Positions 18,687 to 29,031 are shown, counted from the first letter of the stretch. The stretch is DNA of 64,000 bases from an uncultured Candidatus Saccharibacteria bacterium (GCA_964467325.1 CAYXSG010000001.1:8953-72952); one strand, 5' to 3'. Numbers and translations are program-made. The notes: a model not told the origin generated them from the letters alone.

Positions 18687-19193
18687 TTACTGAGTGATTT
18701 CTGGATGTTCCTGCAAGTATTTGTCTCTTATATACACACCGAGCGTAGGCGCAGTATCTTGCATGCTGCGTTTTGGATTATTGTAGAAAAAAACCTTAAG
18801 AAAGCTCATGTATTCTTTATCGTACAGCACTGAAACGGATTTAATGGCTGCAATTTCGATATCGTATTTCAATTTTGGGTTCTCACTCTCGATGCACTTG
18901 TAAAAATCATCTTTATTTTTTTCAAAGATATTATCAAATCCGATTTTAGTTATGAGATTTTCTCCCTCGGTTGTTAATTTGAGAGGACTGTAAGCCTGCA
19001 ATTCTGAAGGATTGAAGTTCGTATTATTGCGAGTCAAAAAATCACTGACAACCTTCACGTTTGATTTGATTTTATGAGTCGTTATTTTCAAATCATCCAA
19101 AATCTGCAGTTTTCTGCCTATGTAGAGAACTGCACCAAGAATTGTTGCGATGCCTATTGTTGATAAAATATTATAAATCATATTCATAACCAT
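18687..19193 (-). CDS. Hypothetical protein with N-terminal TM
   Basis: 168-aa AT-rich ORF, SPLKLT.EG. Confidence 0.7.
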   Translation of the reverse strand: MVMNMIYNILSTIGIATILGAVLYIGRKLQILDDLKITTHKIKSNVKVVSDFLTRNNTNFNPSELQAYSPLKLTTEGENLITKIGFDNIFEKNKDDFYKCIESENPKLKYDIEIAAIKSVSVLYDKEYMSFLKVFFYNNPKRSMQDTAPTLGVYIRDKYLQEHPEITQ

Positions 19194-19289
19194 TATATAT
19201 TAATCAATAAAAAACACCCGTATTATTGCATAACACAGATAAAATATTTTTAAAGGAAAAATAAAGTATTTCTGAAGATTTTTACTAAT

Positions 19290-19318
19290 AAAAAACCGAA
19301 CGGGGAAATTCCGTTCGG
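19290..19318 (-). terminator. Intrinsic terminator of ORFan 19373-19684
   Basis: CCGAACGG/CCGTTCGG stem, T6 on minus strand. Confidence 0.8.
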
Positions 19319-19372
19319 GGGCAGTGTGAACACTGCATTCACGATAATGCTCTTGGTATTTATGGACAGTAA

Positions 19373-19684
19373 TTAGACTGGGAAGACGGGGAAATCTTCC
19401 GTGATCTGCTCGACTAATGCTTCCAAAAAGGCATTTAGATTTAACCTTGGAACCCCTTGAATTTGCTGGAGTTTTCCCTTCTCGAAGGAAAAAGCCTGGA
19501 GGCACAAAGTACCTTGTGTTCTGCAGGTTTTTGCAAATAACTCCAAGTTGAACTCATGGGCGCGCAAGAATTCCTCGACCTCTTTATCTTGGACCAGCTT
19601 ATATCCACAACCATCACTACCAAAATAAAAGTGCTTTTGAAGTGCGCCTCGAACCGCAAAATAGTTCTTCAAAACTTGATGCAT
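19373..19684 (-). CDS. Hypothetical protein (ORFan)
   Basis: SD AAGGAG 5 nt before ATG; TTGTCT-16-TAGGAT promoter; own terminator. Confidence 0.7.
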   Translation of the reverse strand: MHQVLKNYFAVRGALQKHFYFGSDGCGYKLVQDKEVEEFLRAHEFNLELFAKTCRTQGTLCLQAFSFEKGKLQQIQGVPRLNLNAFLEALVEQITEDFPVFPV

Positions 19685-19758
19685 AAAAGCTCCTTTCGGT
19701 TGGGGTTTTGTACTGAACTCGGCTTATCCTAGCAGAAGTTTTTTGGAAGACAAGTATG

Positions 19759-19787
19759 TTGACAATGTCATGACGTTGTAATAGGCT
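19759..19787 (+). promoter_or_regulatory. dinJ-yafQ promoter with palindromic operator
   Basis: TTGACA-17-TAGGCT, ATG 6 nt later; near-perfect palindrome ACAATGTCATGACGTTGT (19762-19779). Confidence 0.75.
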
Positions 19788-19793
19788 AGGGGC

Positions 19794-20069
19794 ATGAACT
19801 CAACAATCCAAATTCGCATAGACAAAAAAGTGAAAAAAGAAGCCGACAAGACTTTCAAGGACATGGGTCTTGATCTCTCTTCCGGCATCAAGCTCTATTT
19901 ACACCAAGTCATCAAGTCGCGCTCGGTGCCTTTTACCATCCGCACGGCGAACGGTTTTACTCCGGCGCAAGAGGAAAAAATGCTTAAGGAAATAGAACAT
20001 ACCATAAAATATGGCAAAAGTTATAAAACCGTACAAGAAATGCATGACGATATTATAAATTCCAAGTAA
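19794..20069 (+). CDS. dinJ: RelB/DinJ family antitoxin
   Basis: IQIRID..VK.EA...F..MGLDLS..I.LYL....VPF. Confidence 0.9.
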   Translation: MNSTIQIRIDKKVKKEADKTFKDMGLDLSSGIKLYLHQVIKSRSVPFTIRTANGFTPAQEEKMLKEIEHTIKYGKSYKTVQEMHDDIINSK

Positions 20070-20072
20070 CAT

Positions 20073-20351
20073 ATGCTGTTAGTCAGACATTCGTCAGCCT
20101 ACAAAAAATCATTTAAAAAACTGTCAAAATCAGGAAAATTTCCCAGAGAAGAACTTGAATCTATTATCACAAAAATACAAAACAGCGAGGTTCTGGAATT
20201 AAAATACCAAGATCATTATTTGTCAGGCCCGCTTTCAGATTGCCGAGAGTGTCATATCAAGTCTGACTTATTACTAGTCTATAAAATAGAAAACAACAAT
20301 CTGGTTTTGCTGCTAGTAAACCTCGGCAGTCATTCCGACTTGTTTGATTAG
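20073..20351 (+). CDS. yafQ: YafQ family mRNA interferase toxin
   Basis: DH.LSG....RECHIKSDLLLVY...LGSHSDLF. Confidence 0.92.
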   Translation: MLLVRHSSAYKKSFKKLSKSGKFPREELESIITKIQNSEVLELKYQDHYLSGPLSDCRECHIKSDLLLVYKIENNNLVLLLVNLGSHSDLFD

Positions 20352-20375
20352 CAAAAGGTGCCTGACCCATTATCT
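20352..20375 (-). repeat. REP-like GGGTCAGGCAC motif
   Basis: Fills the whole yafQ/rnj gap; core 16/17 identical to 354-370. Confidence 0.55.
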
Positions 20376-22241
20376 CTACACTCCCAAGAGCACGGGAATG
20401 ACAATCGGGCGCTTGGCGGTTTGTTGGAAGAGATATTTGGCCACGGCGTCGGTCACCACTTGCTTGGCGTAGTCAAAGTTGATGGGATTTTGGCCGCGCA
20501 CGGTGTCTTCAATGGTTTTCTTGATGATGTAGCGAGTTTGCTGGAGCAAATCTTGTGATTCGCGCAGGTAAACGAAGCCGCGCGAGATGATGTCGGGCGA
20601 TTTTTTCAATTTGCCGGTGGTGACGTTGATGGATGCGATGATGACGAACATGCCGTCTTGTGCGAGCATTTGTCGGTCGCGAATGACCACTTCCTGAATG
20701 TCGCCGATGGAGAAGCCGTCAACCAAAACTAGACCGGACGGCGATTTTTCTTTAAGCTTCACGATTTTTTCGCCTTTGTTTTGGATTTCAATGATGGAGC
20801 CGTTGTCAGGGACAATCACGTTGGCTTGCGGCATGCCTAAAGATTCAACGAGATCGGCGTGCAGCTTCAAGCGGTAATGGTTGCCGTGAATCGGCATGAA
20901 GAATTTTGGATTGATTTTCTTGAACATCCATTCCAATTCGCCTTTGTTGCCGTGGCCGGAGCCGTGAATGTAAACATCCGAAGTGCGGTAGTGAATAATT
21001 TTTGCGCCTTGGCGGGCAATATTATCTTTGAGTTTTTCCACTGAGCGTTCGTTGCCAGGAATGATGGAAGAAGAAAGAAGCACAGTATCGCGATTATTTA
21101 ACTTTAAGGTTTTGTGAGCGCGATTGCTGATGCGCATGAGCGCCGCAAACTCTTCGCCTTGCGCGCCGGTCGCGAGGATGACGATTTTGTCCGGCGGATA
21201 ATTATCAATGTCAGCGGTGTTGATAATCGTATCTTTTTTGACGTGCAGCATGCCGGCAAGCGTGGCAATTTCAATGTTGACCTTCATGGATCGGCCTTCA
21301 ATTGCCACTTTTTTGCCGAGGTGTTCGCAGACATTGATGATTTTAATCATGCGCTCCATTTGCGACGCGAACGTGCCGATGATTAAACGCCCTTTAATAT
21401 TCTTGATAATTTCCTCAAGATTTTTGTGAACCAAACTTTCCGGCGTGGAAAAGCCCGGATTTTCAATGTTGGTTGAGTCGTTCATCATGAGCAAGACTTT
21501 CATGTCTTGGAACTTTCCGTACTCGCGCTCTTCGTTTTCCGTGAGCTTCATGTCAATGTGGTCGAGCTTCGGATCGCCCGGATTCACAATGTTGCCGTAC
21601 GGCGTTTCAATGATGATGCCCATGGAGTCGGGAATGGTATGCGTGACGGCGAAAAATCTGACGGTCAAAGCGCCGAGGCGGATGTGATCATCTTTTTCCA
21701 CGATTTTAATATCTAAAGGTTCCAAATTTGGAAATTCTTCTTGGCGCTTGCGAATCATGAGCGCGGTCAGGTTGCGCGTGTAAATCGGCGGATTGCCGAT
21801 GCGCGGCATGATGTAGGGAATACCGCCGGTGTGGTCCAAGTGGCCGTGCGTAATGAGCACGGCGCGGATTTTGGATTTGTGTTCTTCAATGTATTTCGTG
21901 TTTGGCAAAATGTAATCAATGCCGGGCGTCGCTTCGTCTTGAAATTGGAAGCCGAGGTCAATGACGATGATGTCGTTGTTGTATTCAATCATCGTGCAGT
22001 TCTGGCCAATTTGCTCCACGCCACCAAGGGGAATGATGCGAATAGTGTCGGGCGCGAGCGGCGGAATTTTGTCCGCCACCTTTTTTTCGCCGACGTGAGC
22101 GCGCGGCGCGCTTGAAGCTCCGCGCGGCCGATCCATCTTGCGAGTGCTAGTTGCGGTGGCGCGCGCCGGAGAGTGGTGCTTATGGACGGCATTTACTCTC
22201 GGCAGCCGGTCCGAATGAAAAACGTTTTTTTCTGAAGACAT
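20376..22241 (-). CDS. rnj: Ribonuclease J
   Basis: IIPLGG, THGHLDH, THTIPD, HGSGH, PIHG. Confidence 0.95.
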   Translation of the reverse strand: MSSEKNVFHSDRLPRVNAVHKHHSPARATATSTRKMDRPRGASSAPRAHVGEKKVADKIPPLAPDTIRIIPLGGVEQIGQNCTMIEYNNDIIVIDLGFQFQDEATPGIDYILPNTKYIEEHKSKIRAVLITHGHLDHTGGIPYIMPRIGNPPIYTRNLTALMIRKRQEEFPNLEPLDIKIVEKDDHIRLGALTVRFFAVTHTIPDSMGIIIETPYGNIVNPGDPKLDHIDMKLTENEEREYGKFQDMKVLLMMNDSTNIENPGFSTPESLVHKNLEEIIKNIKGRLIIGTFASQMERMIKIINVCEHLGKKVAIEGRSMKVNIEIATLAGMLHVKKDTIINTADIDNYPPDKIVILATGAQGEEFAALMRISNRAHKTLKLNNRDTVLLSSSIIPGNERSVEKLKDNIARQGAKIIHYRTSDVYIHGSGHGNKGELEWMFKKINPKFFMPIHGNHYRLKLHADLVESLGMPQANVIVPDNGSIIEIQNKGEKIVKLKEKSPSGLVLVDGFSIGDIQEVVIRDRQMLAQDGMFVIIASINVTTGKLKKSPDIISRGFVYLRESQDLLQQTRYIIKKTIEDTVRGQNPINFDYAKQVVTDAVAKYLFQQTAKRPIVIPVLLGV

Positions 22242-22261
22242 ATTATTTGTTAATTTTTAAT

Positions 22262-24007
22262 TTAATTATGAGCGAAAATTTTCCAAAGATGTTCTTTGTT
22301 TATATACCAATCGTAAACGCTGTTGAATCGGTCGCTCGGCGTGGATAAGTTGTCAACGCTCAAGTTCAAGATGTTCGGCGAAACGATATAGATGAAATCC
22401 GGAGCGTAAAGGAAAACTGCTGGCTTGTCGCTGTCCACTTGCGCTGCAAATTTCAAATACTCGGCTTTTCTCGCTTCTTTGTCGCTCAAAGTTCTGATAT
22501 TCTCAAGGCTTTTGTCGGCTTTCGGATTGCTATAAAGCGCAATGTTGAGGCCGGGATCGGCTCGTTGCGACGAATGCCAGAAAGCGTATAAATCAAAATC
22601 TTTGTTCACAATCTGGCCGAACAGCAATGCGTCATATTTTCTCGGGCGGATGATGCTCTGGTTGAGGTAGCCGCCCTCAAACACTTTCACGCTCACATCT
22701 GCGCCGATTTTTCGCCACTGCGTTTTCAAAATGTCGGCGATTTCTTTAAGCTCGGAAGTGTCGCCGGTGGAAATTGAAAAAGCGAGCGTCGTCGTGCCTT
22801 TGTCGGTTTTTTTCTCGCGAATGCCGTCGGAATTTAGATTCCAGCCGGTTTTATCAAGAATCGCATTGGCCTGATTCAGCAAATCTTCTGTGGAAGATGC
22901 AACAGCCGGTTCTTTTTGGGTTGAACTGCCAACGAAGCTTTCTGGCATGGGGCCGGAAAGCTTTGCGGCGAAACCATGGAGAACAGTGCGGATAATGTAA
23001 TCTTTATCCACACTCATGTCAAGCGCTTGCCGAACGGTTTTGTCCGCGAGCGCTGCATTTTGACTTTGATTGAAAAAGACGCCGAACACGCGCGGCAGCA
23101 GCGCGGTGAGAATTTTCGCGCCGCCGTTTTGGAGACTAAGCGCAGTGTCGGCTGAAACACCACTTAGGTTTAAAATCTCGCCAGCGGCATAAGCGTCAGT
23201 CAGCGCTTTTTCGTTGGAATAAAAAGTGAAGACGATGGCGCTGACATGTGGTGCGCCGAACGCAAAATTTTTATTCGCCTCAAGTGTGTAAGAAAGCGGT
23301 ATGCCGTCGCTATTTTTGGCAATGGATTTCAGTTTGTAAGGGCCAGTGCCCACCGGCGAAGTGTTGAGGACGCTTAAAGAAAAAGTGTCGTCGGAAGTGT
23401 TGGTCCAAGCTTTTTCAGACAAAATGCCGACGGTGGTATTTTCCAAAAACGGCGCGTAAGCTTGATGCAAAATAAATTTTACCGTGCGCTCATCCACTTT
23501 TTCCACCGAAACGCCGTCCCAGTTGGCGCGCTTCGGACTTTTGATGCTAGCGGTTTGAATTTTGCCGATGGTAAAAACCACGTCGTCGGCGGTGACCGGC
23601 GAGCCGTCGTGAAAAGTTAGATATGGCTTCAAAGTGAAAGTGTAAACTTTGCCGTCCGGCGAAAGAGTGTAACTTTCCGCGAGGTCGGGCACGATGTCGC
23701 CTTTGGGTGTTTGGCGCATGAGGCCAGAATAGACCAAAGCGGAAATATCTTTATCAGCTTCAGTGACGGCGAGCACCGGATTGATGTATCTAGGCAAGCC
23801 GATTATGCCTTCGGTAATTTTGCCGCCGTCGGCTGGCACTTCCACCATGAATGAATTGTTGACGTGCCAAGCAAGTGACAGCGCCGACAAGCCGAAAATC
23901 GTTAGGAGCGTGAAGAAAACCAGCTTGCCGGTAAGCGAAAGGGAATGGATGGTGGCATTCGCGCGGGCGCGCCACGACGTCTGATTATTGGAAGAGTTTT
24001 GCGTCAA
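22262..24007 (-). CDS. Peptide ABC transporter substrate-binding protein (family 5)
   Basis: PDLAES, FHDGSPVTADDVVFT, PVGTGPY. Confidence 0.92.
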   Translation of the reverse strand: MTQNSSNNQTSWRARANATIHSLSLTGKLVFFTLLTIFGLSALSLAWHVNNSFMVEVPADGGKITEGIIGLPRYINPVLAVTEADKDISALVYSGLMRQTPKGDIVPDLAESYTLSPDGKVYTFTLKPYLTFHDGSPVTADDVVFTIGKIQTASIKSPKRANWDGVSVEKVDERTVKFILHQAYAPFLENTTVGILSEKAWTNTSDDTFSLSVLNTSPVGTGPYKLKSIAKNSDGIPLSYTLEANKNFAFGAPHVSAIVFTFYSNEKALTDAYAAGEILNLSGVSADTALSLQNGGAKILTALLPRVFGVFFNQSQNAALADKTVRQALDMSVDKDYIIRTVLHGFAAKLSGPMPESFVGSSTQKEPAVASSTEDLLNQANAILDKTGWNLNSDGIREKKTDKGTTTLAFSISTGDTSELKEIADILKTQWRKIGADVSVKVFEGGYLNQSIIRPRKYDALLFGQIVNKDFDLYAFWHSSQRADPGLNIALYSNPKADKSLENIRTLSDKEARKAEYLKFAAQVDSDKPAVFLYAPDFIYIVSPNILNLSVDNLSTPSDRFNSVYDWYINKEHLWKIFAHN

Positions 24008-24012
24008 GCGAT

Positions 24013-24246
24013 TTACTTAATGATGAGAGCAACAAAAGCGGATGCGGCAAAAAGAATGCCGACAACTATGGTGGCGACGAAAATGTTCCGTTCGGCGCCG
24101 CGGCGAGTGCGCGATGCGTTCTGGTTATCGCTGCCTCCGAAAGAACTGCCGAGGTCGGCGTCTGATTGCTGAACCAAGACAAGGCCAACGAGGATGACCG
24201 ATAGCAAAATCTGGATGTAAGGCAGGATTTGGACGATATTTCTCAT
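24013..24246 (-). CDS. secG: Preprotein translocase subunit SecG
   Basis: LVLVQ...LG..FGG...TRRGAE; start moved to second Met (TAGCAT-7nt-ATG). Confidence 0.88.
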   Translation of the reverse strand: MRNIVQILPYIQILLSVILVGLVLVQQSDADLGSSFGGSDNQNASRTRRGAERNIFVATIVVGILFAASAFVALIIK

Positions 24247-24282
24247 GAAGAACATGCTAGCACAATTCAGGATTTGCGCAAA

Positions 24283-24310
24283 TTGACATTGAAGCTTTTT
24301 GCCCTATAAT
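24283..24310 (+). promoter_or_regulatory. groESL promoter
   Basis: TTGACA-16-TATAAT; ATG 9 nt downstream. Confidence 0.7.
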
Positions 24311-24319
24311 ATCCACACT

Positions 24320-24676
24320 ATGAAAAACGCAAAAAACCAAAAGAAGACAGAAAATAAAGCAGAAAAAACAGCAGAAAAAATGAAAATTATGCCGCTTGGC
24401 GATCGAGTTTTGGTGAAGCCAAAAGGCGAAGATAATGTTGAGAAAACCAAATCAGGTATTTACATTCCGGAAACCGTGGAGAAAGAAAAACCTGAAGAAG
24501 GCACGGTGGTGGCGGTGGGCGCCGGCCGGTTTGAAGATGGCAAAAGAGTGCCGCTCTCGGTCAAAGTGGGCGATACAGTTATGTTTTCCAAATACGGTTA
24601 CGACGAAGTGAAAATTGACGGCGCAGAATATTTTATTTTGAAAGAAGACAGCATTTTGGCAGTCATTAACAGATAA
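24320..24676 (+). CDS. groES: Co-chaperonin GroES
   Basis: PLGDRVLV, TKSGIYIP, VKVGD.V.FSKY. Confidence 0.95.
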   Translation: MKNAKNQKKTENKAEKTAEKMKIMPLGDRVLVKPKGEDNVEKTKSGIYIPETVEKEKPEEGTVVAVGAGRFEDGKRVPLSVKVGDTVMFSKYGYDEVKIDGAEYFILKEDSILAVINR

Positions 24677-24695
24677 TTTCTCTATATAAAATAAA

Positions 24696-26396
24696 ATGGC
24701 AAAAAATATCATTTGGAGCGATGAAGCGAGAATGAAACTCAAGGCGGGCGTGGACAAAGTGGCGAATGCGGTGAAAATCACCGTGGGTCCGCGCGGCCGG
24801 AACGTGGTTTTGGACAAAGGCTACGGCAGTCCAACCATCACAAACGACGGCGTGTCCATTGCGAAAGAAATTTCTCTCAGCGACAAATTTGAAAACATGG
24901 GCGCGGAAATCGTGAAAGAAGTGGCCAGCAAGACCAATGAAATGGCAGGCGACGGCACTACTACTTCGGTTATCCTCATGCAAGCCATTGTTTCCGAAGG
25001 TATGAAGCACACCGCGATGGGCGTAAATGCGATGGCGCTCCGAAACGGCATTGAAAAAGCGGCGAAGCTCGTGGTGGAAAGTTTGAAATCTATTGCCAAG
25101 ACGATTAAAACGAAAGATGAAATTCGACAGGTCGCGACCATTTCCGCCGAGTCGCAGGAAATCGGCACGATTATCGCTGACACAATTGAGAAAGTCGGCA
25201 AAGATGGCGTGGTGACGGTGGAAGAATCGCAACTTTTGGGCATTCAGAGTGACGTGGTGGAAGGTTTGGAATTTGATAAAGGTTACGTTTCGCCTTACAT
25301 GATTACCAATGCCGAGCGGATGGAAGCCGAGTATCGCGACGCGGCTATTCTCATTACCGACAAGAAAATTTCGGCCGTGAAAGAAATTTTGCCGTTGTTG
25401 GAAAAAATCGTGCAGACTGGCAAGAAAGACATTGTGCTCATCGCCGAAGATATTGAAGGCGAAGCGCTTACCACTTTCATTTTAAATAAATTGCGCGGCG
25501 GCTTGAACGTTTTGGCGATCAAAGCGCCGGGCTACGGCGATCGGAAAAAAGAATTGCTCGCCGACATCGCGCTCACGGTGGGCGCGCAGGTGATTACCGA
25601 CGACGTTGGCCTGACTTTTGAAAAAGCCGGCATGGCAGTTCTGGGTCACGCAGCGAGAGTGCTTTCGAACAAAGACCGAACCATTATCGTGGACGGCAAA
25701 GGCAAAAAAGCCGACATTGAAAAGCGCGTGGCTCAGCTGAAAGTTCAGCGCGACTCGGCTGACAGCAAGTTTGATAAAGAAAAGTTGGACGAGCGTATCG
25801 CCAAACTTTCCGGCGGCGTGGCGGTCATCAGAGTTGGCGCGGCGACTGAAACCGAGATGAAATATTTGAAACTCAAGATTGAAGACGCGGTGAATGCGAC
25901 CAAAGCCGCGATTGAAGAAGGGATTGTGGCCGGCGGTGGCGTGGCGTTCATTCAAGCGGGCAAGAAAATTGAGAGTTCAAAAGAAATTACCGGCATGATT
26001 GACGAAGAAGAAATCGGTTTCGGCATCGTGTTCAAAGCTTTGGAAGCGCCGATTCGCCAGATTGCTTTCAATGCTGGCCGAGATGACGACTCGATTGTGA
26101 AGAAAATTAAAAATCCGTACGAAGCGGCCGACAAGAAAAACGATGTGCCCACGGCTGACGCGAAAAAACGAAAAGAAAATTTTGGCTTCAACGCACTCAA
26201 GAACGATTGGGAAGAAGACATGATTAAAGCAGGCATCATTGATCCGGTAAAAGTGGCGCGCTTGGCGCTCCAAAACGCCGCTTCGGCCGCGTCCATCCTT
26301 TTGACCACCGAAGTCGCCGTTGCCGATGAACCAGAAGAAAAGAAACCAGCCAGCATGGGCGGTATGCCAGGCGGTATGGGCGGCATGGATTACTAA
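24696..26396 (+). CDS. groEL: Chaperonin GroEL
   Basis: GPRGRNV, GDGTTT, GGM tail. Confidence 0.98.
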   Translation: MAKNIIWSDEARMKLKAGVDKVANAVKITVGPRGRNVVLDKGYGSPTITNDGVSIAKEISLSDKFENMGAEIVKEVASKTNEMAGDGTTTSVILMQAIVSEGMKHTAMGVNAMALRNGIEKAAKLVVESLKSIAKTIKTKDEIRQVATISAESQEIGTIIADTIEKVGKDGVVTVEESQLLGIQSDVVEGLEFDKGYVSPYMITNAERMEAEYRDAAILITDKKISAVKEILPLLEKIVQTGKKDIVLIAEDIEGEALTTFILNKLRGGLNVLAIKAPGYGDRKKELLADIALTVGAQVITDDVGLTFEKAGMAVLGHAARVLSNKDRTIIVDGKGKKADIEKRVAQLKVQRDSADSKFDKEKLDERIAKLSGGVAVIRVGAATETEMKYLKLKIEDAVNATKAAIEEGIVAGGGVAFIQAGKKIESSKEITGMIDEEEIGFGIVFKALEAPIRQIAFNAGRDDDSIVKKIKNPYEAADKKNDVPTADAKKRKENFGFNALKNDWEEDMIKAGIIDPVKVARLALQNAASAASILLTTEVAVADEPEEKKPASMGGMPGGMGGMDY

Positions 26397-26458
26397 GTTT
26401 GTGTTTTGATTGCGAGTGTAGTAATTTTGTTCCAGAAAGAAAAAGAAAGGAGATAGTC

Positions 26459-26962
26459 GTGAGGAAAAAATGGCCATTTCTCGATTATTATGGAGTCGAA
26501 ACTCCACGAGACTTTGCGGTGAAGTGTGTGGAAACTCTTATCGGCAAAACGCTTCAGCAGCAGCTCCAAGAAAGAAATGTTATTTTTTTGGAGTTTTTCA
26601 GGACGCTTTATTCCGGCAACTTAGCAGCCTGTTTTGACAAGTCTCGTCATGGGTTTTCCGGTGGTTTTGGCATCGTTCTCAGCGTTTACAGTTCATCGGA
26701 AAGCCAATCAATCGCGTTTGCCCATGAACTGGCCCACACGTTCCAGTACGACGTGCAAACCGGAAAGTTGCTTTGTTGCGACAGCATTCACGGAAAAAAA
26801 GACTGGCGGGGTGAAGATTTTGCCGAGTAGTTTGCTCACCTATGGCTTTCTTACGGGCGACATCGCCATAATCTGGAAGAGCTTTTTATGGTGTATGAAG
26901 AACTGCACCCAGAAATAAACGAAGAATACGTGGTAGATTTTAAATCCCTCTGGCCCGCCTAG
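26459..26962 (+). pseudogene. IrrE/ImmA-like metallopeptidase ORF interrupted by an in-frame TAG at 26828-26830
   Basis: SD AAGGAG + GTG; FAHELAH; EDFAE*FAHLWL fits ExxAxxFA; frame stays open 43 codons to TAG 26962 inside a hairpin. Confidence 0.65.
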
Positions 26963-27025
26963 GGGGATTTTAATATGTATTTTTAAAACGTGTTATAATA
27001 GCCGCAATCAGTTAATTTAAAATCT

Positions 27026-27574
27026 ATGATGTTTATTATTTTTGCAATTATTGCGGTGCTGGTGGTGTGGTTTGTTGTTATTTACAACGGTTTTGTGACG
27101 CTCTCGGTGAGAGCGAAGGAAGCTTGGTCCGACATCGACATTCAGCTCAAGCGCCGCTACGATCTCATTCCAAACCTTGTGAACACGGTGAAAGGTTACG
27201 CCGCGCATGAGTCTGGCACTTTGGAAAAGGTGACAGCCGCGCGCAATGCGGCGATGGGCGCGCAAAGCATTGAAGAAAAAGCTAAAGCCGAAAATATGCT
27301 CGCTGGCACTTTGAAAAGTTTGTTCGCGGTTTCTGAAGCATATCCGGATTTGAAAGCCAACCAGAATTTTTTGTCGCTCCAAAGCGAACTTTCCGACACG
27401 GAAGATAAAATTCAGGCGGCGCGTCGCTTTTACAACGGCAATGTCCGAGACTTAAACACGAAAGTGGACGCGTTTCCTTCAAATATTTTGGCCAACATGT
27501 TCCATTTTCAAAAAATGGCGTTCTTCGAGCTCGACGACGCGGCGGCGCGCAATCCGGTGGAAGTGAAGTTTTAA
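27026..27574 (+). CDS. lemA: LemA family protein
   Basis: IDIQLKRRYDLIPNLV, EAYPDLKAN, ARRFYN. Confidence 0.95.
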   Translation: MMFIIFAIIAVLVVWFVVIYNGFVTLSVRAKEAWSDIDIQLKRRYDLIPNLVNTVKGYAAHESGTLEKVTAARNAAMGAQSIEEKAKAENMLAGTLKSLFAVSEAYPDLKANQNFLSLQSELSDTEDKIQAARRFYNGNVRDLNTKVDAFPSNILANMFHFQKMAFFELDDAAARNPVEVKF

Positions 27575-27608
27575 CCTTATTTTTTAATCATTAATAAATA
27601 TAAATTTT

Positions 27609-27986
27609 ATGGCCGTACTTGAATTTAATCCGGTGTTAGCGCTTAGAAACCACGATGAGTATCAGTCTGGTCGCCGGAAAGTGGAAGAATGTTTTCCAGA
27701 AAGTCCTGAAACCGGAAAAATTTACCCATTTTTAAAACACGGACAGCGGAGTTTTTGGATGAGCGGCGAAGTGCCGGTGGTGGAAACCAACGGCAAGGAA
27801 ATTTCTCGTCCTTTGGGCAGCGTTCAAATTTTAGAGACGACCCAATTTCTTGATAATGGTCAGATAAATACCAGAGGCTTGTACAAGTTCGTTGAAATCT
27901 TTTCCGACAAAGACGTGCACTTTGATGCGTTGGAAAAAATCAATTCTTCTTCTTGGACTTCCAAACTAAAAAATCTGATTTCATAA
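27609..27986 (+). CDS. Hypothetical protein inserted between lemA and htpX
   Basis: 125-aa ORF. Confidence 0.7.
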   Translation: MAVLEFNPVLALRNHDEYQSGRRKVEECFPESPETGKIYPFLKHGQRSFWMSGEVPVVETNGKEISRPLGSVQILETTQFLDNGQINTRGLYKFVEIFSDKDVHFDALEKINSSSWTSKLKNLIS

Positions 27987-27993
27987 TCAGTTC

Positions 27994-28875
27994 ATGAATA
28001 TTTACCACGAGCAATCAAAAAATGTTTGGAAAACTTGGGGGCTCATGGCGCTTTTTTGCCTAGTGATTGTCGGCCTTGGCTGGTTTTTCGGAATGGTTTA
28101 CGACAATACCGGCATTCTTATTTTCGCGGTGATTTTCAGCCTGTTCATGAATTTTTTTAGCTATTGGTATTCCGATAAAATTATTCTCGGCCTGCATCAC
28201 GCGCAGCCAATTGTTAAGGAAGACAATCCTGAGCTGTGGAACGCAGTTGAAAATTTGGCCATCACGGCCGGTTTGCCGATGCCGAAAGTTTATATTATTC
28301 CCGACAATGCGCCGAACGCTTTTGCCACCGGCCGCGACAAAAATCACGCGGCAGTCGCCGTCACTTCCGGACTGCTGCAAATCTTAAACCGAAATGAGCT
28401 TGAAGGCGTGATTGCGCACGAGCTTTCCCACATCGGCAACAAAGATATTTTGCTTTCCACGATTGTCGTCGTGCTGGTCGGCTTCGTCAGCCTCTTGTCC
28501 CAAATTTTCATTCGCGGTTCTTTCTTTCGCAGTTCCAAGCGCGATGGCGAAGGCGGGGGAATTTTGGTTTTAATTGGCATCATTCTCGCCATCCTTTCGC
28601 CGATTGCCGTCACGCTCATCCAACTTGCGATTTCCAGAAAAAGAGAATATCTCGCCGACGCTTCCGGCGCGCTCCTGACGCGCTACCCAGAAGGCTTAGC
28701 TTCCGCTTTGCAAAAAATTAGCGCCTATGCGGCGCCTTTGAAAACGGCGAGCGCGACCACTGCGCATCTTTTCATCGCCAATCCTTTCGGCTCGGCCGGC
28801 AAAAAACTTTCCGGCCTTTTTTCCACCCATCCGCCCACCGAAGAGCGCATCAAAATTTTGCGCGGGATGGAATAA
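27994..28875 (+). CDS. htpX: Zinc metalloprotease HtpX (M48)
   Basis: PNAFATG, AHELSH, REYLAD, THPP. Confidence 0.95.
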   Translation: MNIYHEQSKNVWKTWGLMALFCLVIVGLGWFFGMVYDNTGILIFAVIFSLFMNFFSYWYSDKIILGLHHAQPIVKEDNPELWNAVENLAITAGLPMPKVYIIPDNAPNAFATGRDKNHAAVAVTSGLLQILNRNELEGVIAHELSHIGNKDILLSTIVVVLVGFVSLLSQIFIRGSFFRSSKRDGEGGGILVLIGIILAILSPIAVTLIQLAISRKREYLADASGALLTRYPEGLASALQKISAYAAPLKTASATTAHLFIANPFGSAGKKLSGLFSTHPPTEERIKILRGME

Positions 28876-28905
28876 GTGGTATAAAACAGCAGTCGGTTTA
28901 ATATT

Positions 28906-28990
28906 GGAGGGTTCGCATAGTGGTCTAGTGCACACGCTTGGAAAGCGTGCGTGGGGCAACCCACCAAGAGTTCGAATCTCTTACCCTCCG
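28906..28990 (+). tRNA. tRNA-Ser(GGA)
   Basis: Acceptor GGAGGGT/ACCCTCC, anticodon stem CACGC-ttGGAaa-GCGTG, long variable arm, TTCGAAT; followed by CCT (no full CCA). Confidence 0.95.
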
Positions 28991-29031
28991 CCTTCGTTTC
29001 TGAAGAATTTAGTTGTATCATTAAACTCAAT

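Noticed and set aside
24257-24283. CIRCE element upstream of groESL; CIRCE-like halves at 34737-34772
   Set aside because: CTAGCAC has no matching GAGTGCTAA arm at 9-nt spacing; at 34737 the spacing is far too long
28951-29031. ORF-track N-terminal extension of the 387-aa ORF
   Set aside because: Overlaps tRNA-Ser; the ATG at 29032 gives a proper prepilin-like leader
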